This document shows, one piece after another, positions 58,317 to 64,000 of a DNA stretch of 64,000 bases (position 1 is its first letter; each line of letters starts with the position of its first letter). The notes under the pieces were generated by a model. The model was given only the letters and a program-made list of their open reading frames with translations. It was not told where the DNA came from and made no database searches. The position numbers and the translations under genes are program-made. Source of the stretch: Macrostomum lignano (Eukaryota); contig NIVC01000020.1 of NCBI GenBank assembly GCA_002269645.1, forward strand, positions 1,426,001 through 1,490,000, given 5' to 3'.

Positions 58317-59690
58317 ATGGGCGCCGCACCAGCAGCTGGTGTGGCCATCGCTTCGGTGATGAAGCTCGGGCACAAGATCGTGGAGCTGCAGTTTGCCACC
58401 CAGAGACCGAACACATTCAACTGGACAAATGGCAGCTGCCAGAAGCTCAGCACCAGCTCGCAGGCAATGGAGCATTCAACATTTTTCACCTGGATCTGGG
58501 GGGCCAGATACCTGCTGCCCGTGCTAGGCGGCGCCCTGACCGTCTCCGGCATCGGCTATGTCCGGGTGCTGAAGTTGGGCGGCTGCGTCATGCTGCTGTC
58601 CGCCACTTTGATGTCTGTTGCAGTTCAAGTCGGCTGGATGTGCACTCGGCCGCAGCTCTGCCTGTTCCTGTGGCTCCTGCTGCCGCTCACCTTCGCTCTG
58701 GTCCATCCAAACGTCATGCACGCGATTTTCCGCTGGCATCGGCCCGGGTCGCGCAACTGTACGATTGTGTCGGCCGTCTATTGCGGCTCGGCTGTGCTGG
58801 GCGAGTGCATCGGCATGCTGCTGCCGGATTTCGCTGGCGCTGGTGTCACCTTCACCGGCACTGTCATCTCTGTGCTGTTCCTGTGGCTGTCCCTCAGCCT
58901 GCGCGAGGAGCTGGAGTACTCCGTGCCACCAGTGTCGCGCCTGTTCCGCTACTGCTTCCTGTTTGCAGCGCTTATCGTTTTTGTAATTTCCGTGTCGGAC
59001 TGCCGGTCCGCAGTCTACCAAGCCGAGATCCGGTACTGGCTGCTGTCTGTCGGCAGCTCGCCTAGTGCGAGCCGCTGGCTGAAAATTGCGTCGCCCGAGG
59101 TTGTCAAACTAATTAGCCTGGCGGCCACCTGTGCCGGGACGGCCATCCTAGCCTGGCGTCTGCCAGTCAGGCGGCTTCCGAGGCGGCAGCGAGTTCAGGC
59201 CGGAATCCTGCTGGAGAGTGGCGTGTCCGTCGGCCTGATTCTGGTCAGCTTTCTGCAGCTGCACAGCGAGACCGCCGTCTGTGTGGTCTACACGGCCGCC
59301 TCCTGTCTGGACGGAGTCGCCACCGGAGTGACGATGGTGGCCGCCTACGAGCTGATGGACGCCATGTCAGACAGGAGCGCCAAGCCGCTGGTCATTGGCA
59401 TCGTGTTCACCGTGCTGGGGCTGGCAAACATCCTCGGTCACCTGATGCTAGCGCTGTTGCGCTCCGTTCCCGTCGCAAATCCCGTGCTGCTGCCGCTGGA
59501 GGGCAGCCAGCCGCTGTTCTACGTGTACCACGTGATCATCCTGCTGCTGCTGCTGCTGTGCCTGGCCTACCACCGCTGCTTCGCCTTCCGGCTGGCCTCC
59601 ACAGCCGTTATCGAGGAAGATGAAGAGGATGTTCGGGAAGCAGCCGAGAGGCCTCTGATCGAAGGCGGCCAGCAGGCGGCCGGCAGATGA
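58317..59690 (+). CDS. MFS-fold multi-pass transporter, SLC15/POT-like, paralogue 1 (457 aa, intronless)
   Basis: About 11-12 hydrophobic segments. YLLPVLGGALTVSGIGYVRVL resembles the POT TM2-3 pattern YL.P..GG.LAD..LGR. Acidic tail ending ERPLI. Confidence 0.72.
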   Translation: MGAAPAAGVAIASVMKLGHKIVELQFATQRPNTFNWTNGSCQKLSTSSQAMEHSTFFTWIWGARYLLPVLGGALTVSGIGYVRVLKLGGCVMLLSATLMSVAVQVGWMCTRPQLCLFLWLLLPLTFALVHPNVMHAIFRWHRPGSRNCTIVSAVYCGSAVLGECIGMLLPDFAGAGVTFTGTVISVLFLWLSLSLREELEYSVPPVSRLFRYCFLFAALIVFVISVSDCRSAVYQAEIRYWLLSVGSSPSASRWLKIASPEVVKLISLAATCAGTAILAWRLPVRRLPRRQRVQAGILLESGVSVGLILVSFLQLHSETAVCVVYTAASCLDGVATGVTMVAAYELMDAMSDRSAKPLVIGIVFTVLGLANILGHLMLALLRSVPVANPVLLPLEGSQPLFYVYHVIILLLLLLCLAYHRCFAFRLASTAVIEEDEEDVREAAERPLIEGGQQAAGR

Positions 59691-59932
59691 TATCGGGATT
59701 TGCAATAAAAGCAAAAAATCCGAACTTTTTAATGAATTTTTCAACTCGTCTGACCTGTGCAATCAAACATTTATCTCACTTTAATAAGTATTTCATAGTG
59801 TTTTAAATACATTCTCTCTCGTAAATTTCGATTCTCTTTTTCACTGGTTGAGTGAGAACTTGACTTACTTGACTTAGCTGAAGGAGGCGTTCGGCGGATG
59901 CAACGAGGAGGCGGAGGAGACCCCCCATTTCG

Positions 59933-60289
59933 CTAGCCCCTGGCGACCAATGACTTCCATTGAGCGAGAACATTCTCTAAGTGTTTTGATAATGTAGGTG
60001 ATTTTAGCATAAAGAAGCAGCATGGACTTGCGAATACAGACCCCACAGGTGGCCTGAGCATGGCCCCGTACAGCCTGCTGTTGTAGGCAGCCATAGGCCT
60101 GACCGACAGCTTTGATCTGTCGCGGTAGTCACGACACAGCGATTGACACTCCTGCGGATGTCTGCACAGTGCGCTGAGGTCTTGGCCGTTCCTCAGCCCA
60201 TCTGATGCCACCTCCGTGCGTTTGAACCGTTCATGATGTCGAGCCCTCTTGACTGAGCTGTTGCTGCTGCTGTTTCCACCATTTCTCAA
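59933..60289 (-). CDS. Possible small coding exon of an unknown gene between transporter paralogues 1 and 2
   Basis: 118-codon non-repetitive ORF that is GC-richer than its flanks. No recognisable domain and a non-ATG start. Confidence 0.2.
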   Translation of the reverse strand: MRNGGNSSSNSSVKRARHHERFKRTEVASDGLRNGQDLSALCRHPQECQSLCRDYRDRSKLSVRPMAAYNSRLYGAMLRPPVGSVFASPCCFFMLKSPTLSKHLENVLAQWKSLVARG

Positions 60290-60568
60290 AGCGCAGCAGG
60301 ATAGGAAATGCTCATCTCACAGCATCTTACAGCAAATATTTTTATAAAAATCTATTAAATTCCAGTAATTCACGTTTACTGCACTTTTAAAATTGCAATA
60401 TAGAAGTCAGTAATATTTCATTTTTTTCAGTTTGGTGTCGAAAATTAGGGCGGAAAAGTACCTGAATAACAAAAGAACGGTGCATCAATTGACATAAGGC
60501 TTTGAGCATTAATACTGGCATCTTTTGAGAAACACGAAGCATTATCCTGCTCGATGCCGAAAGCGAAG

Positions 60569-61993
60569 TCAGATCACGCCTTCTAACAAGTGTCTCTCCT
60601 CCGGATTCAGCCCAGGCTCTCTTGAATCATCATCATCTAACTGCTCGGATTCCGTGTCACAGGGCTCGGCGTCCGCGATCTGCACAGAAATCGGCAGCGT
60701 GACCAGCTTGTGATAGAAAAAGCAGGCAGTCAGCGACAGCACCGCAATCAGGTGGTAGATGAAGAACGGCGGTCTCGATCCAGTGTGGTATTCATTGATT
60801 CCATTTACCATGCAAACCAGACCATGACTCACATAGTTGGCGAGTCCCCAGACTGTGAACATGACCCCGAGGATCAGGCACTGCGAGCTGTCTGGCAGAA
60901 GCGAGCACCCGAGGTCGTAGGCCGCGACCATGACCAGCAGCTCGGCAGCTCCGTCCAGAACGGACATTAGGGAGTACACGGCTACAGTTGCAGTTGGAGA
61001 GCTCAGTCCAACTAGGGTCACAATGATGAGGCAAACATCAACTGAGCACTTCAGTAGGATTCCAGTCAGAATTCGAGACTTTACGTCCAGCTTCCGTCGG
61101 CTCTTGACCGCAGCAATTATCATCGGCAGAGCCAGGACGTCAATACTGACGCATTTTATCCCGTTAGGTGCCAGCCATGTGTGCGCGACAGCATCCGCGG
61201 TCTCATTCATAAAGTACTTCATTTCTGATAGATAAACTTGCGATCGAGAGTCGCTCAGGAAGGTCATGAACAAAATTAGTGCAGAGAAAATTTGGAAGTA
61301 CTTCAACATCCTGCTTTTCGTGGGCAATTCGAACGGGTACTCTCGAAGCTCCGGCAGAAACGCAGTCAGCGTTAGGAAGGCGAGGCTCACGGCCACGAAC
61401 ACGAGGGTGAAGCTGTGTCCGAGCACGCTGACGCACCCAAACTGCAGGAACGGCGAAGACACCAGCTCCCCGAAAGCTGCAACGGCACAATAGATTGTTG
61501 CGGTCACTGTGCACAGCCTGCTCCTTCTGTGCCAGCAGAACATGGCCATGAGAACGGACGGTTGAACGAGTCCAAAGAACACGGGTAGGAGCAGCCAGGT
61601 AATGATAACCACCGGCGAGTCCTGGCACATCAGGCCGAGAAACACCGACACGGACATCAGCACTGTCGACAGCAGCATCACTGCGCCACCAAGCTGGAGG
61701 ACCCGCTTGCATCCGAACCAAGCACTGGACATGAAGCCTCCAACAATTGGCAGAATGTAGCGGGAAACGTAAATCCACTCCGTGATTCTGTCTGTTAGCC
61801 TGTCAGATGGACTGTCGGCCTGGCTACCATTAAAGTAGCAAGTTTCGCCTGCTGACATCATGCCATTGTTAGTAAAGTTACTGCTGCGGTGGAAGTGGGC
61901 TGGATTGAACGCTCTGAACTCCCGTTCGACGAGCTTGTTTAGTATCTTCATCTGGGCGGCCATGACAATGCTTAGCCCTGCTGTGGAGGTCAT
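60569..61993 (-). CDS. MFS-fold transporter, SLC15/POT-like, paralogue 2 (474 aa, intronless)
   Basis: Aligns with paralogues 1 and 3 throughout (YILPIVGG, LILGVMFTV, FFIYHLI). Tail EERHLL. Confidence 0.75.
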   Translation of the reverse strand: MTSTAGLSIVMAAQMKILNKLVEREFRAFNPAHFHRSSNFTNNGMMSAGETCYFNGSQADSPSDRLTDRITEWIYVSRYILPIVGGFMSSAWFGCKRVLQLGGAVMLLSTVLMSVSVFLGLMCQDSPVVIITWLLLPVFFGLVQPSVLMAMFCWHRRSRLCTVTATIYCAVAAFGELVSSPFLQFGCVSVLGHSFTLVFVAVSLAFLTLTAFLPELREYPFELPTKSRMLKYFQIFSALILFMTFLSDSRSQVYLSEMKYFMNETADAVAHTWLAPNGIKCVSIDVLALPMIIAAVKSRRKLDVKSRILTGILLKCSVDVCLIIVTLVGLSSPTATVAVYSLMSVLDGAAELLVMVAAYDLGCSLLPDSSQCLILGVMFTVWGLANYVSHGLVCMVNGINEYHTGSRPPFFIYHLIAVLSLTACFFYHKLVTLPISVQIADAEPCDTESEQLDDDDSREPGLNPEERHLLEGVI

Positions 61994-62711
61994 TGCCGAT
62001 GATCAGCTTGAACTGAATCTGCAAGGAAGCAAGCGCAAAGAGAGCTTTAATTTACAGACCCTACTCTCGGTTGTATTTATGGGCACTCCACTGTATACCA
62101 GCCATTCCTTCCTGCGCTTCTCAAACTGGATTGAGCACGTCCAAGCAGCCTTCCAGCCTCTTGTCGAGTTCTATTGTGCCAAGCTGTGCAAAAACTGAGA
62201 TGAAACTGTATAGAAGCCCTAAAAACTTGCCCCCCCGCAACGCGTTTTTAGCGCAGTAGCATCCTTATTTTATACGAGTGTACTTCGTATATGTCTTCAT
62301 CGCCTCATCAGAAAGAGCTTGATGTATAATCAGTTTCCTCGCTCTTTGACAATGCAAGCGGGGTTGCTAAGAAGAGTTTTTTAGCAACTTCAGTGTCCCA
62401 GAGCGGCAAACTCGTCAAGTATTTACTCCTGCTGTTTACTCATTGCACAGTGTGTGGGATGGTTGCTCAACGAAATTAACCAAATTTCACTGTCAATCCT
62501 TCAATAAAAAAGCCGTCACAGCTAAAAAATTGCCAAAAAAAAGAAGTTGAAACTCTAGAAACAACTTCTCTTAGCAAACTTGAATGGGAAGTCCTATAAG
62601 GGACAAAAAAGCTTGTATGAAAGTGCAACATCAGGCATACTCGCAATTTAGCTTTTAAAATATTGCAGGTAGACGCAAGAATGGCTTCACAAACAAGGTA
62701 GCACGCAGGCC

Positions 62712-63998
62712 TTAGGGGCGATCAAGCAAAGGGCGCGTTTCTACATCAGAGTCCGCGTCATCCACGATCTGGTCGTGTTCGGCCGCGTCAATCTCATCTT
62801 CCTCGCTGAGGGCGGTCATGTGACTGGCAGTCGGCAGCGTGACGAACTTGTGATGGCAGAAGCAGCCGATCAGCATCACCAAGGCGATCAGGTGGTAAAC
62901 GAAAAACAGCGGCTTCGATCTTTTTCGCGATTTGTTGACGTCGACTAAAAGCCGAAAGAGTCCCCGACTGACAAAGTTCGAAACTCCTCTGACAGTGTAC
63001 ATGACGCCGAGGATCAGGCACTGCGAGCTGTCTGGCAACAGCAGACACCCGAGGTCGTAGGCCGCAACCATGACCAGCAGCTCAGCAGCTCCGTCCAGAA
63101 CGGACATTGTCGAGTAAATGGCAAGTACTACTGTGACCGAGGCCGAATCGAATGAGGTGACAATGATGAGGCACAGTTCGATTGCACACTTCAACAGAAT
63201 TCCAGGCAGCATGCGAGACGGAGCAGCCAGCCTCCGCCTGCTTATGACAGCTGCAAGCATCAAAGGCAGGGACAGAACCAGAAAACTCGTGCACTTAATA
63301 AACTCCGGGGACAGCCATCTCTGCTCCACGATACTAAGAGTTCCATTCAAAAGATAGTTCAATTCGGATTTGTAAACTGCAGGCCTTTCGTCACCCTCAA
63401 AGGCTAAAAATAGTATCAGCGCTGAAAAGATCTGGAAGTACTTGATCATCCGTCTAGTCGTTGGCAGTTGAAATGGCTCTTCCTCGCGGATTTCTGGCAT
63501 GAATGCCGTCAATGTAAGAAACGCGATGCTCACCACTATGAACACCAGAGTAAAATTGCGTCCAAGAGTGTGTTCTGATGCGAAATACCTGTACACAAAC
63601 GGCATGGATATCATCTCTCCAAGAATAGCAAATGCGTAGTACGTGGTAGTCATCACAGTGCACAGTTTATCTTTGCGGTGCCACCGAAATATAGCGAGCA
63701 GAATGTTGGGCTGGTTGAGTCCGTAGAACACTGGCAGGAGCAGCCACGTGATGATGATAACGGGCGAATCCTGGCACATCAAATCGAACTTCACAGAAAA
63801 AGCGAAAAGTACAGTCGACAGTAGCATTGCATTTCCTCCGAGCTGGAGGACTCTGACGCAGCCGAGCCAGGCGCTGGACACCAGCCCGCCCAGCACAGGC
63901 AGCAGGTATCTCCCGGTGTACAGCCATGACGTGGCCAAATGCATGGCTGTGGGCGCTCCAGCTAAACTGGCATCGAAGTAACACGTCTCTTTGGAGTT
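62712..63998 (-). CDS. MFS-fold transporter, SLC15/POT-like, paralogue 3; 5' end lies beyond the window
   Basis: The frame stays open upstream of the ATG at 63944 to the window edge (NSKETCYFDAS, matching ETCYFNGS in paralogue 2). Very similar to paralogue 2. Tail ETRPLL. Confidence 0.75.
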   Translation of the reverse strand, partial: NSKETCYFDASLAGAPTAMHLATSWLYTGRYLLPVLGGLVSSAWLGCVRVLQLGGNAMLLSTVLFAFSVKFDLMCQDSPVIIITWLLLPVFYGLNQPNILLAIFRWHRKDKLCTVMTTTYYAFAILGEMISMPFVYRYFASEHTLGRNFTLVFIVVSIAFLTLTAFMPEIREEEPFQLPTTRRMIKYFQIFSALILFLAFEGDERPAVYKSELNYLLNGTLSIVEQRWLSPEFIKCTSFLVLSLPLMLAAVISRRRLAAPSRMLPGILLKCAIELCLIIVTSFDSASVTVVLAIYSTMSVLDGAAELLVMVAAYDLGCLLLPDSSQCLILGVMYTVRGVSNFVSRGLFRLLVDVNKSRKRSKPLFFVYHLIALVMLIGCFCHHKFVTLPTASHMTALSEEDEIDAAEHDQIVDDADSDVETRPLLDRP

Positions 63999-64000
63999 TG

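Overview
Eukaryotic (metazoan) genomic DNA. Short GC-rich exons are separated by introns and spacers packed with about 20 different minisatellites. This style resembles a free-living flatworm such as Macrostomum (inference, not verified). Reconstructed genes: a 3-exon typical 2-Cys peroxiredoxin with unusual terminal extensions; a 4-exon pyruvate dehydrogenase phosphatase (PPM/PP2C); a single-exon orphan class A GPCR; a 4-exon gene fusing N-terminal ankyrin repeats to a NEK-like kinase; three paralogous intronless MFS/SLC15-like transporters with acidic dileucine tails; and one exon with a possible death-domain start. Mobile DNA: an internally deleted piggyBac, a decayed LINE in a CpG-depleted AT-rich island, a head-to-tail pair of Helitron-like elements, and hAT-, Harbinger-, Mutator- and Tc1-type MITEs. 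The most novel feature is a 4.7 kb cluster (33785-38489) of four uncharacterised paralogues. They share an unknown ~70 aa helical N-domain, a (D/E)(S/T)(G/A)YxS degron-like motif, a disordered linker and a C-terminal RHIM-like, putatively amyloid-forming motif. In one copy that motif is hidden behind a +1 frameshift. No rRNA, tRNA or CRISPR array was found. All alignments were done by eye; no database searches were run.
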